Part shown: piece after piece, positions 45,519-58,653 of the stretch
Numbering within the stretch: the stretch's first letter is position 1
How the letters are laid out: each line of letters begins with the position of its first letter
Assembly (NCBI GenBank): GCA_964016885.1
Contig: OZ024742.1
Location: 247,690,001 to 247,754,000, forward strand
Direction: 5' to 3'
DNA length: 64,000 nucleotides
Source: Eledone cirrhosa
Taxonomy: Eukaryota
Translations under genes and position numbers: made by a program
The notes under the pieces: model-generated
Seen by the model: only the letters and a program-made list of their open reading frames with translations
Told to the model about the DNA's origin: nothing
The model's database searches: none

Positions 45519-45583
<65 letters not shown>
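43045..45583. repeat. Compound simple-repeat field: (GA)n, (TAG)n/(CTA)n, CT-rich, (GGT)n, (TTC)n, (TAC)n
   Basis: Direct inspection. Confidence 0.9.
45148..45245 (+). mobile_element. SINE S1, 5'-truncated
   Basis: AGGTTAACTTTGCCTTTCATCCTTACGGGGTCGATAAAA...GTAGAAACAATT. Confidence 0.85.
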
Positions 45584-45584
<1 letters not shown>

Positions 45585-46195
45585 AATTTCACATGTCATT
45601 ATTGAATTGTTAGTTGTTTTATTTTAATTTTCAATCTTTTCTTTTTATGTAATATGAAATTACAATTAGGCGCTAAAGACCGTGATTAAGGAAATTTATA
45701 AAAATATCTTTTATCTCTCATTGGCTTCTTTTAAAATAGAATCTAAACAACAAAATAATAATAACAACAACAACATCAGCAACATCAACATATATAACAA
45801 CAAAAATAACATGAAAATAATAACAATAAAAAAGCTCCGCTCGTTTCTGTAACAAACTAATTTCTTTTGAAAAAAAGCAAAGGTTCATTTGAAATGGAAT
45901 GTTATTATGAAAATGGTCAGATATTCTAAAATGTCAATAGAAGTATAATTCCAAATGAGTCGCTGATTTTTCTAAGCGACGCGAGTGGTGATGGGTAAGG
46001 AAGTGATTTTTAATTCATTTACATTTTTTCGAAACTTTTCGTAAAATTTTACAAGAAATAGATCTATTTTTGAAATTACCTTCATAGACTACTCTTCAAG
46101 AACAGAAGAGTTGTAATTAAAAATAAAATGTCATGGCCGAGAAATTGCGAATAGATGAAAGGAACACATACACGCACACACACATATATATATAT

Positions 46196-46454
46196 AATTA
46201 AAAAGTAAACACAATATATAACTACTCCATTACCAAATGTTTCAGGTCCCTAGACAATATTAACTTACGTCTCGTTCGCTCATCAGATTGACAGGTTATG
46301 AATATATGAAAATATATATTCATGGAAATATGAAAATATATGAAAATATATATTCATATCTGATGAGCGAACTAAATGTATGTTAATATTGTCTAGGGTC
46401 CTGAAATATTTGGTAATGGAGTAGTTATATATTGTGTTGTTCACTTTCTAATTA
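46196..46454. mobile_element. Fold-back element with canonical hammerhead cores in both arms
   Basis: Arms 46196-46288 and 46358-46454; CTGATGAGCGAAC...AGGG(A/T)CCTGAAA at 46360-46407 (+) and 46239-46286 (-). Confidence 0.85.
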
Positions 46455-46859
46455 AATAGTTCTGTTTTATACATAGAGCACTCTATTTTCCTTTGCTTTT
46501 TCTTCGGAAACACTTAACAATTCATTTCACGATCATTAGGCTCTAGGATCACTTTGGGTCCACTGCTTAGTACATCGTGTAATCTATGTGTGACTTTTAC
46601 CAAGGCATATGTTTGACACAAACCATATGACTAAAATTGGGTCGGTGTAATCATTTCAAAAACCAATCAGATGGGGGGTACTTGTAATTCAAAAAGCCTC
46701 ACAGTCATGCTTAATCTAAATGTCAAAATCGTACGTTTCTATGAAATACTCATGAACGAAATCGTACATTTTACACTAACGTCGTTCTATTGTTCAAACT
46801 GGTTCACTCATCAAGACCGAATCAAAACTGAGCAAGATCCCTAATACACACACACACAA

Positions 46860-46964
<105 letters not shown>

Positions 46965-46974
46965 CACACACACC

Positions 46975-47020
<46 letters not shown>

Positions 47021-47032
47021 TATACACATATG

Positions 47033-47121
<89 letters not shown>

Positions 47122-47381
47122 ATATATATGATAAAAATGTACGTAGATGAATGCGCACATGCATATATATTTCTTTGAATCTGAGATTTCCGTGCATTGT
47201 TGCTTGAAGATTCGATTTGATGTTCATTTAAGGAGCAACATGTCTTCTTTCACAGGGACAAACGTAAAATGTTAAGCAACAATGTGCGGAAATCACAGCT
47301 ACAAGTATAACAAAAAATACACACGTACGCATGCACCCACATGCACACAAACATATCAGAACACACGCAAATGTATATGTA

Positions 47382-47459
<78 letters not shown>

Positions 47460-47523
47460 TATATCTATCTATAATAAATAAAGATAACTATCTGTCTGTC
47501 TTCCTATCTATCTATCTATTTAT

Positions 47524-47580
<57 letters not shown>

Positions 47581-47587
<7 letters not shown>

Positions 47588-48258
47588 GTATGAATTCCTA
47601 CGTGTAAAAAATACATATAGGGAAACAAGTATTATCCAACCGTATGCCGCTGTACTTACTATATGTGCCTTTACCGCGGTTTCATGCTCCAGAATAAACG
47701 GAAAATCCAAGCGCATTTCATTGAGAAAGGAGCAATCTTCAGAAGGCTCTTCTCTCTCAGAGAATATAAAATTCCCGAGTTCAAATCACAAACTGACGCC
47801 ATACAAAACAATTCCCAAATGAGAGCGGATGATGCAAGAATAATTCTGTCTGGTGCCGTGTGCAAAGACAAAAGGCAGGGTGGACAGGTCAATGTCCTGC
47901 CACTAGAAATAGCAGCAGTCCAAACGGCAAAATGTTATCTCTACCTTAGGGGGAGATCAATAATAGTAAAGTATGTTCTGGCTTGTTAATTTATTAACCC
48001 GCCATAGAACCACATTGGCATACAGTTGGATAATACTTGTTTCCCTATATGTATTTTTTACACGTAGGAATTCATACTTTATTGTTATTGATCTCCCCCT
48101 AAGGTAGAGATAACATTTTGGCCGTTTGGACTGCTGCTATTTCTAGTGGCAGGACATTGACCTGTCCACCCTGCCTTTTGTATATGCCCACAGCACCAGA
48201 CAGAATTATTTCTTTCATCATCTGCTTTCATTTGGGAATGGTTTTTTATGGCGTCAGA
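47581..48258. repeat. Interleaved double inverted repeat
   Basis: 47581-47640 is inverted at 48025-48083; 47793-47962 is inverted at 48086-48257; runs directly into a family A palindrome. Confidence 0.85.
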
Positions 48259-48427
48259 GCTCAAGCCGTTTCGACGGCTATTTCTGGACGCCTCCAGAAA
48301 TAGCCGTCGAAACGGCTTGAACTCTGCCGTCGGGGTCATACGTTTTCATATTACCCACTCTACTAGTCTAAGTATTGAGTACTCTGGTGCGTTATCGTCC
48401 ATCTGGTTCCTTACCACAATTCCTTCC

Positions 48428-48430
<3 letters not shown>
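48256..48430 (+). mobile_element. Family A fold-back element
   Basis: CAGAGCTCAAGCCGTTTCGACGGCTATTTCTGGA-CGCC-TCCAGAAATAGCCGTCGAAACGGCTTGAACTCTG plus tail. Confidence 0.85.
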
Positions 48431-48465
<35 letters not shown>

Positions 48466-48679
48466 TTGCAAATATATATAAATATATATATATATCATAT
48501 ATATGTGTGTGTGAGAGTGTCTGTTTGTGAGTGGGTACCTGTGTAAATATATATGCTTCATTTAGAGGTACGCGCACCACTTATCTTACATAGAATGCAG
48601 GACTCAATACTCTTTGTATAAACCAAATAATAAATATTCAGGGTGCTGAATTTTTAACTACAGAAATTTAACTATATTA

Positions 48680-48710
<31 letters not shown>

Positions 48711-49204
48711 GTATGTATATAGTGTGTATAATGTAGTAATCTGTTAGAACATACTTAGGACACCAAAAAAAGAACCCCAGCAAAACATGTTTGGGAATTG
48801 ACCTATATGGTAGATAAAGCCCTAACAGAATCTTCAGCTAAGAATCTTAAAATTGACTTGTGTGCCACAATTTACAGTAGGTATAAGGGTAGAAGTTTGG
48901 GGAAAGGAATCAGTTGATGAAATCAACCCCAAGTGCTTGAATGGTACTTTATTCTAAGTATTAATAATATTTTCCGAAGAAGTTGCTCTATATGAGAAGT
49001 GTCTTGGTAAGCAAGATATATTCTTTCATTTTATAATTATCATTCTTGCTATATGTAATGGTTGATCGTAACTGTGCAATGGTAGATTTATATATATATG
49101 TATATATATATATGTATGTATGTGTGTGTGTGTGTGTGTTGATTTATTTATTTATTTATATGTATAGTATTAATATCCGAAATTTCTGCGTTATCCAACG
49201 GACC

Positions 49205-49570
49205 GTGGCAGAGATTTCATCCATTGTAAATGTATTTAGCTCCATTACTTCTTAGTTCAAAGGGCGATGGATTGGCAGTATCAGTAGAGGGTCGGACGCC
49301 ATGCTTTCCAGCATAGTTACGTCCCTTTACGATCTGAGTTCAAATCCCGCCGAGGTTGACTTTGCCTTTCATCCTTACGGGGTCGATAAAATAAAGTATC
49401 AGTAGTGCACTGGGTAATTGCTGGCCTTGTGCCTAAAGTAGAGACAATTATTTCTTAGTTCAAATCCCGCCGAGGTTAACTTCGCCTCTCATATTTTTGT
49501 GGTCGATAAAATAAAGTACCAGTAATGCGCTGGGGTAATTGCTGGCCTTGTGCCAAATGTATAAACAATT
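49205..49570 (+). mobile_element. SINE S1 (49262-49451) inserted into an older S1 copy
   Basis: TSD TTCTTAGTTCAAA at 49249-49261 and 49452-49464; the older copy resumes TCCCGCCGAGGTTAAC. Confidence 0.85.
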
Positions 49571-50502
49571 ATTTCTATAACGTTGTTATTTATGGCGGTG
49601 TTTAGTGTATTACTTTGCAATGATTTGTAGATAGACGGATAGAATTCAAATGTATCGGATCGACTAAAAACACGACTAATATACGTAAATTAGCTGATAT
49701 AGATGTCTTTCAATCACCCAATTGGCATAATTTGATGTCTTTCCTAAATCTGTAAATTAATTTGTAATAAGTTTGCTCAACAATCCGATCTTTTTAAAGA
49801 TACCATTTCTTACTGGAAACGAAATTGTACTTGTGGTCACTGAGTGTGATTTATGATTTGAATTATCTAAAAATGTCAAGTAATAGTTAGTATGCTATAC
49901 CTCTTGCATTGTTGTTGATAACGTTATATGTGTTTGAGTTGGCTTTTCGGGAATGTTTAGTATAAACCTTGTGGTCTACGACTTACCGATCTTTCCTTTT
50001 ATCTGAGAATGTGAGAAATGTCAGTCGATCACTGAAGATTGTTGATGTTGAATTTTGATTTATATTGAGACAAAATATTGCACGAACGGAAATTATCTCC
50101 TATGGTACGAACATTGTGATCTAGAACATATTCCAACACGCACACAGTTTCTTGAAAAGGAGCAAGTTTGACCTCAGAACGATTTAGCTACTATATTTTG
50201 CATGTCGAAAAAACAGGTTGAGGTTACATGTAGCATATTGCCATGGTTATTTTTGTTGTTTTTGTTGTTGTTTTTTGTACAGTGTATATTGTAGTGTAAA
50301 TATAATTTCAGGAACAATGGGATCTGATGAATGTTACTAGAAATTCCATTGCATGTCTGTGACTTCCTGTCATTTCTAGAATAGTAAATTGTGTTCTCTT
50401 ATAGACTTTCTATTACAGCTTCCTTGCAACACTTTCCGTGTTACGTACCGAAAATTGGGACTACAAAATTTCTTACAAAAGAGAGATAAATAGAGAACTT
50501 AT

Positions 50503-50585
<83 letters not shown>

Positions 50586-50718
50586 TAACGCAGGTGTATA
50601 CTTTCTCTCATATATATTTATATATTACATATATATATGAGTGTGTGTGTGTGTGTTTTATGTATGTGTGTGTGTGTTTTATGTAATGTATGTGTGTTTT
50701 ATGTAATGTATGTGTGAG

Positions 50719-50770
<52 letters not shown>

Positions 50771-50774
50771 ATAT

Positions 50775-50965
50775 ATAATAAAGAGAGAGTTAGCAATTAA
50801 CTGACAAGATCTTCGACAATCAGTCTGAAACTGGTAATTGAAAGTGTGGGGGCTTCTTCAAACTACACTTTATACTATAACCAAACTCTACTAGCCCAAG
50901 TATCGAGTACACTATGGAGTAATTGTCTAACTAGTTTCAAACTGAATCCGTCCTGATTTATCTAT
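50775..50965 (+). mobile_element. Distant family A relative with an untruncated hammerhead-like core
   Basis: CTGACAAGATCTTCGACAATCAGTCTGAAAC at 50801-50831, followed by ACTCTACTAGCCCAAGTATCGAGTAC, similar to the family A tail. Confidence 0.45.
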
Positions 50966-50985
50966 ATATAGATTTATATGGATGT

Positions 50986-51069
<84 letters not shown>

Positions 51070-51073
<4 letters not shown>

Positions 51074-52802
51074 CCCGACGTCATTGTTAACTCTAGGCTA
51101 ATTTCTGCAAACCCAAATACAACGTCAAACGCAACTTCGCTAAATGTTCTTAATCCCATTCTAAATCAAGAAACTATATTCCTATCGTAAACAACTTCTC
51201 CAATCCAATTCCTTCTATAGATAACACTAGGTCACTTGCTAATAACTCTGTTAATCTCTCTAATCGCAATTGCAATTGCCCTGTTAAAAGTAAATGTCCT
51301 CTCAACAACCATTGTCTTCAAAAAAACTTAATCTACGAATGTAAAGTTATAACTGACACCAATTCCTTTACCTATTTTGGCTCCATTTCCACCTCTTTAT
51401 AATCATCATTCGTGTTTTAAATACCAACTTAAAAGAACCAACACGGCACTCTCAGAACTCATATGGTCCTTGAAAGACAAAAATATTAACTATAACATCT
51501 CTTGGAAAAAGGTTTCTTCTGCTACTTGAACAGTTCTCTATCCAAGACATGCAATCTCTGTTTATGTGAAAAATTTACCATTATATCTAATTTAGATTCT
51601 ATAATAAATAGACGCACTGACTTGTTCTCTCTCTGCTTGCATAAATTCCACAGAACATTCCATAAAGTATACAGCTAATATCTAAGACTTTACCAATTTA
51701 AAATCCTTTTCTCAAAGGCACATATATATATATATATACATATATATTTCTTTAAAAATATACCCATCTTTCTACCTTATTTCAAAGTTATTTCTTATAC
51801 ATTATATAATACTAGTTACTCATTCTATTTCACTCCTATTTATCACTTCCCTTTCTTTCTTTTTCCTTTTTCTTTTCTTTTCTCTTTCTTTTAATTTCTA
51901 ACCCCTAATCTGTACCTTTTCTTCCTAGACACTTCTCAATTATCATTGTACCTAACGTAGAAACAATTATTACACAGCACAAACAATATATTCTTACATT
52001 ATATCACCTTAAAAAAATCCTTCGTAAACATAAACATTTTTTTGACGTTAGATTATTCATCCTCAATTCATTATTTTTTTCTCCCTTTCATGCTCATCTA
52101 ACTTATACATATTACACTTATTCATCCTCTCTTCTACTTCTTTCACAATATATCCTTAACTACATTTCTATTGCTATATTTTTTTATATTTTTATATTTT
52201 TATATTTTTTTATATTTAATAATACATATCAACAATTTCTTTCCATCGCACATATTATTAAACCATTAAATATTATTCTTAATACATATTAACAATTTCT
52301 TTTCATCGCACATATTATTAAACCCTTAAATATACAAACCTTAATTTAACATTATTCTAACATTTTTATCTTCGTTAATTTTCAAATTCATTTAATTTAT
52401 ATATTATCTTCCAACGGTTTTTCAACCTCTCTATGTAAAACAATATATTTTTCTCAGTTATAAAAGCTATCTCTCTCTCTCTCTATCACCCATCTCTCCT
52501 CCTATCTCATCCTTCCTCATTATACTCCAACCCCTCCACTTTTTACTCTCCTCTCCTCCTCTTTTTCATCCTTTCAAACCGCCCCCCCCCCCCTCAATTT
52601 TTTTCAAAATATTACACATCAATCTAAAACTACTTTTCATATGTTGATTTAAAACTGCACTATTCACAAGTGTGTTTTAACCTTCATATCATGTCTCCCT
52701 ATTTTATCTGACGAAAACGCAAATTTTATTGCATGATGATATTTGTTTTTGAAATGCGCATAATAAAATACATGGAACTCTTTTAACCATCTTTTGATCT
52801 TA
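51070..52802 (+). mobile_element. Penelope-like retroelement 3' portion: GIY-YIG pseudo-ORF, long AT-rich 3' region and hammerhead-like motif
   Basis: 51265-51660 reads NCNCPVKSKCPLNNHCLQKNLIYECKVITDTNSFTYFGS...TALSELIWSLKDKNINYNISWK...CNLCLCEKFTII...NRRTDLFSLCLHK across frameshifts; CTGACGAAAACGCAAAT...ATTTGTTTTTGAAAT at 52708-52755; (TA)n flanks. Confidence 0.8.
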
Positions 52803-52962
52803 TATATATATATATATTGATAAATGTGAGACCATTATTGTAAATAAAAAACTAAGATTATTATCATATATGTATATCTATATATCTAACACACTACACA
52901 TAATATACATACACATACTCATACACACACATATTATATATATATATATTATATATATATAT

Positions 52963-53559
52963 ATGGTGGCTGCCAACTCGTTTTCGAGTACGGCCACTAC
53001 TTTATATCCAAGTAGGAGAACCCCTACCGATGCGCTGAACGAGTGTGACTTTTTAGTCCAGCCAGCAACTTGAAAACTCTGGTACAAGCACTACACTTGT
53101 GACAATTATTGACACATAGTGCTGGACCCTTGGAAACCATGTGACGACAAGTGCAGAGAGATCTCCAGATATAAAGCAATGCCTGTGCAGTGAAGCTTTT
53201 ATAGTGAGCAAAGGCACTGCACAAAGCCAGTCCCACTCTCTTAACCAAGATGATATTTACCAAAAAGAAGAACAAGTCAACATCATTGGATACCATCAGG
53301 GTTGCAGGTGTTATATCAGAGTTTTCCTTCTCCTAGAATTCTGCCTTGACAAAGGCTAAGGGGTCATCTCTCCCGGTGATTTTGGATGGCCATTGACTCT
53401 TAAGAGCTCCTTTGCCTTTTGACAGGTTTTGTTTTTATTCCTGCAGGATGTCCAAAGTCACCCTCCTCACCAAGAAACGTTGGTGGGGTTGCCAGTTTAG
53501 TCGCCAACGACCCGACCATGAGACAGGTTGTACTGGGATACATGTTACCAGTAGCACCA

Positions 53560-53560
<1 letters not shown>
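52963..53560 (-). mobile_element. Internally deleted RTE-like retroposon (putative 5' UTR joined to the ORF C-terminus)
   Basis: Minus-strand ORF ends IWRSL...HKCSACTRVFKLLAGLKSHTRSAHR* (C2H2 finger seen at RTE ORF ends); GC-rich 5' part with GGCGACTAAACT; (TA)n on both sides. Confidence 0.55.
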
Positions 53561-53601
<41 letters not shown>

Positions 53602-53640
53602 TCATATATATCCACACACACATATACATATAGGTACATA

Positions 53641-53691
<51 letters not shown>

Positions 53692-54389
53692 TCATATCTA
53701 TATATATATGCATATTCCTCTATATAATCACAAACAATAAAGTAGGTACTTCAAACTTTCTTTAAAAACCATTCTAACTTCCATTGCAACATTTTAATAT
53801 ACTCTTATATACGTCTTTAATGTTTCCATTCTCTTAATTTTTAACAATTATTGTTATTTTATTCTTTTTCAAAAATTATATATCTTTACACAATAATTGC
53901 ATTTACTATATTTATTGAGTAATATATTTCTTATTGCTTTTTTCTCATTTTGGTTGTTGTTATGTTTTTTGTATATAATCGGTTTATTTTGTTTTACTTG
54001 TTTTGTTTCTTCTCTCTTTCATTCATCTCTCTATTTGTTAATCGATTTTATCAGATTTGCTTAATCTAACAATTAACTGATAATGATGATACATAATGAG
54101 AATCGATAGTCAGGCAGTAGTAAGTATGTGTGAATGTATGTATGTGCGAATGTATGTTTGTATGTATGTATGTGTGTGTGTGTGAATGTATGAATGTTTG
54201 TATGAATGTGTATATATATGCATGTATCTGTGTATGAATGTATGCATGGATGTGTATATAAATGTACATATTTTCTCATGTCACACACGCACACGCACAA
54301 CTCACACGCCCATGCACACGCACACACACATGCATGCATACACACATACATTCATACATACATTTATATATACAAACACACACACACAT

Positions 54390-54442
<53 letters not shown>

Positions 54443-54594
54443 AATGATTTTACTGCGTCTAAATGTCAAACGTCATGGTTCTCCTGCCAGCAGCATTAGA
54501 ACATCAGTAACACTCATATGTTATAAATATATATATACTCTATATTCAAAATCACTGAGCTCCCTTTATTGCAACACACACACACACACACACA

Positions 54595-54631
<37 letters not shown>

Positions 54632-54648
54632 ACACACACACACAGACA

Positions 54649-54714
<66 letters not shown>

Positions 54715-55699
54715 TACATACATATATATAGATTTGTATGTGTGTGTGAGTGTGTGTGCATGCGTCTGTGTATATGTATATGTGTGGGTGTTCGTAGCGG
54801 GAGACAGAGATAGGGATACAGATAGAGACAAAGTGTTTGAAATGCATATTATGAACAGGAAGAGATGATAGAATGATGGACGGAAAAGATATAAGACAAT
54901 TAATGCTGTCTTTATAACAAAATCAACGATACTACTTTAGTAGTAATGGCTGACAACAGACGTCAAAATGGCGGTATTTTATAACTCATTAAACAAATTT
55001 ATTTCAAAACAAACAAATGGAAGACATCTTAGATTTTTTGAAAACTTTATTGAATGATTATATTTCCGCCGATAACATAAAATGGGTTATAAATTATATT
55101 TACTTCAAACCAATTGTTGGATAACAACATTTGGTTATATTATTATCATTACTGGTTACTAACTACGGCTGTGTCCAAGACTGCTGCAGGACCAATTCGT
55201 ATGGTCAGAGACATATATGGTCATATATTACGGTTTGGTCCATGGCGCTCACAAGATTGAGCTGTAGGAATATCTTTAGTTGTATATATTTTCGGTGGGG
55301 GTCTTCAATCCCCACCAGGCACTTTGGTAGCTTTGTATAGCGTCAATTTCCCACACTATCATCAGTCTCGGAAGCCATGAAGTCTCATGGTAAAAGCTTT
55401 TCCTCCTCCGACTAAGGAGGGGAAAATTGCTTTATTCACAGCCAATTACGTCAATTTTGTTATATTTTATTAAAAACTAGCAGTAGTACTGGTCTAGACA
55501 AAATCTACTAGCACATAATAATATATATATACAATCACATATATGTTTTATATTTTCATTAAATTGCTTTCAATTGTTGCTGGCTATTTTCCGTTAATCT
55601 AGGAATTTTTATTCACTCCAATTTGTTGCATTCAAACCATTCAAATATTTCAAGCTTAGCTTCATTAACATACACGACTAACATTAATAATGTTTTCTG

Positions 55700-55891
55700 A
55701 ATAAGGCAAGCAATTTGGTGGGAGCGGAATGTGGATTAAATCGACACCATTGCATGATTGGTACTTTATTTTATCGACCTCGTAAAGATGAAAGTCAAAG
55801 CTTACCTGGGCAGGATTTGAACTCAGAATTTAAAGAGCTGTAACTCTATGCCATGAAGCAGGGTGTCCGATGCTCTACCGATTCTGCCAAT
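55700..55891 (-). mobile_element. SINE S1, older subfamily (similar diverged copies at 28965-29040, 48860-48953, 61570-61745)
   Basis: TGGTACTTTATTTTATCGACCTCGTAAAGATGAAAG...GGATTTGAACTCAG...CTCTACCGATTCTGCCAAT, with an extra GGTGGGAGCGGAATGTGGATTAAATCGAC segment. Confidence 0.75.
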
Positions 55892-55939
55892 TCAATTCTT
55901 ATTCTTATTCATATTCTGATTCTTCTTATTATTATAGTA

Positions 55940-56248
55940 ACAACACCATCACAACCACCATCACCATCACCACCACCACCACCACCACCACCAACAACAC
56001 CACCGCCACCAGCACCAGCACCAGCACCACCATCATATCCACCACTACCACGACCTACGCCATCACCCACACCACCATCACCACCACCACAACTACCTAT
56101 TCCACCACCATCACCACCACCAACACCACCACTAACACTACCAGCACTACCACCACTACCCCCCCACCCTCCACCAGCACCAGCACCACCATCATATCCA
56201 CCAACACGACCACTACTATTAACACCATCACCACCAACACTACTACTA
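55940..56248. repeat. (CAC)n-rich low-complexity repeat
   Basis: Direct inspection. Confidence 0.9.
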
Positions 56249-56250
56249 AT

Positions 56251-56431
56251 AATTGTTTCTACTTTTGGCACAAGGCCAGCAATTGCCCAGTGTATTACTG
56301 GTACTTTATTTTATCGACCCCGTAAGGATGAAAGGCAAAGTTAACCCCGGCGGGATTTGAACTCAGAATGGCAAGGGCCGTAACTCTATGCGTCAAAGCA
56401 TGGCGTCCGACCCTCTACCGATACTGCCAAT
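56251..56431 (-). mobile_element. SINE S1, near full length
   Basis: All diagnostic blocks present. Confidence 0.9.
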
Positions 56432-57126
56432 AACAATAAACCTAAAATAAAACTGGAAAAAAGTTATTTTTCTGAATACTTTCATCGTTGCTCGATGAGT
56501 TGCCAACTATTTTGATGATAATGATAATGATTGTGATGTTGGTGAAGATGATGATGGTGATGGTGGGGATAACTATGATGATTATGATGATGATTACGAT
56601 GATATTTTCCTTCCCTTTCTTCTCAATGTGTATTCATTATAAACCAGATATTTCTGTCATCAGAACTGTATTTTATTTTTTCTATTTTGTTAGTGAGATC
56701 GTGTCACCAGCAATAGGTTGGATCTCTTTCACATAACTCTGTAGAATGGATTCAAACACTGGAGATTCTCTCTTCTCTATTCTCTCGTCACTCGTTTGCC
56801 TTGTGTACAACCTCTAACGTGGGCACTTCGAATTAACCATTGCGTGGATATGTATGTCTAAGTGTGAGTACTTGTATGTGAATGTATATGTGTATGTATG
56901 GGTATATTTATTATATATATGCATGCGAATGTGCGTCTGTCTGTATGTATACATATATATATATATATATGTGTGTGCGTTTGTGTGTGTGTGTGAATAT
57001 GTGTGTGTTGCAATCACATGGTAATTCGCTAAATGTCGAATATTCAGCATGAGTCAACGCGCATGCGCCGCGTGACAGTCAGATGCAGGAAAAATATGTC
57101 CGATCACAGAAACACAGTTATATAAT

Positions 57127-57186
<60 letters not shown>

Positions 57187-57191
<5 letters not shown>

Positions 57192-57415
57192 GAGTGTGTA
57201 TGATTGTGTGTAGAAGATTATATTAATAAAGGGAATTCCAACTTTGTCTGATTTACTCGTTTTATTTACAATGCTTTAAAATGTATAATGGTATTAGAAT
57301 GAAATAGTATGGTAGAATATTAAATGTTAAGTGTTAATTGAACAAGTACTTTCATGCTTTCGCCATCTTCAGGTTCCAATTATGTGGTGACAGTCAAGTT
57401 TGCAATTTTCAGCTG
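57187..57415 (-). mobile_element. Family B copy with hammerhead-like core
   Basis: Matches 3890-4080; minus-strand CTGAAGA-TGGC-GAAA-GCAT-GAAAG at 57349-57372. Confidence 0.75.
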
Positions 57416-57754
57416 TAATGAGATGGGTACATTTTGTGCCTTATATACAGTGAAAAGCGGCTACACGATGCTAAATCTTGCAAACTGTATTTCGAACAAT
57501 CGTAGTTTCACTGAATTACTAAATCTGATTGGTTTAGGCGTCACGGTTAGTTGAGCATGTCTAACGACTACTGTTTGACCCTATCCAAAGCATCAATTCT
57601 TTTGCTATTTTTAGAAATGATGAAAATAGCATTTTCTAGTAATCATCACCATCAACATCACTTTTATTATTATTATTGTTGTTGTTGTTGTTAGTGGTGG
57701 TAGTCGACATGAGATGGTCGTATTCATAGTCATAGTAGGAGTAAAAGCCCATTA

Positions 57755-58572
57755 TTATTGTTCATTTAGCTTGGGTTGGAATTTATCAATAAAATTCTTT
57801 TCTTTGATTTTTCTCTTGATTTCACTTGGGCAGTGTAATTTGTAGAATGGAAATATTATAAATATTCTCTGATCACATGTTGCTAGATGGTTACGCAGGG
57901 GTATCTGACGGACATTTGGGTCTCTTATTTGCTGTCGGTGCACCCGTGCACGTTCCGATAGTGCATTTCCAGTTTGAATACATATAGTTCTTCATTATTC
58001 GGGCATTTAATGCAGTAAAATAGATTTCTGCTTTTACAGTTCATATTTGCATTTGGGAATATTTTGCCAGGTTTTGTGTTCATATATTGACTGGTTTGTA
58101 TGGATTGACCTGTGCCACATCGACTATCATTGCATTTAGATACAGTGAATGATTGGTCTTGTTGTTAAGGTCAAACTTTGCTTTTGTTAGTAATTGCTTT
58201 AAATTTTTCGGCTGTCTTTTACTAAGAGTCAAAGATCGGTCTGTGATTAAGCCTTTTAATTCATTACTTTGAGCAATGATCGGTAGGTTTTTTTTGGCAG
58301 TGTTGAAGATATTCTGGTGACATGGGTTGTGTGTCATTATAAATGGTATGACCAGTTCTTGGTTTCTTCTTCCTTGGGTTGTCCTAAGTTGTTGTATAGG
58401 TATTTTTATAGCCCGCTGTATGCCATTTTCTATAAGTAGAGATGGGTATATTTTTTTGAGCAAAAATTCTCTCAGTTCTGTTAGGCGTTTGTTCCTGGTA
58501 TTTGTATCTTCTACAATGGTACAAATTCTTCTGGCAAGGCAGTATAGTATGTTGCGTTTTGTATGAGGTGGA
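57755..58572 (-). pseudogene. Penelope-like element ORF remnant (RT thumb, linker and GIY-YIG endonuclease)
   Basis: HTKRNILYCLARRICTIVEDTNTRNKRLTELREFLLKKIYP, IPFIMTHNP, KRQPKNLKQLLTKAK, LIYCIKCP..ELYV and VHRQQIRDP...KEKNFIDKFQPKLN; frameshifted. Confidence 0.85.
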
Positions 58573-58588
58573 TATATATATATTTATT

Positions 58589-58650
<62 letters not shown>

Positions 58651-58653
<3 letters not shown>

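Noticed and set aside
54960-54977. YY1-like motif CAAAATGGCGG
   Set aside because: A single short motif without other promoter evidence
55853-56344. Proline-rich extensin/formin-like ORF
   Set aside because: Made of (CAC)n repeat flanked by SINE sequence
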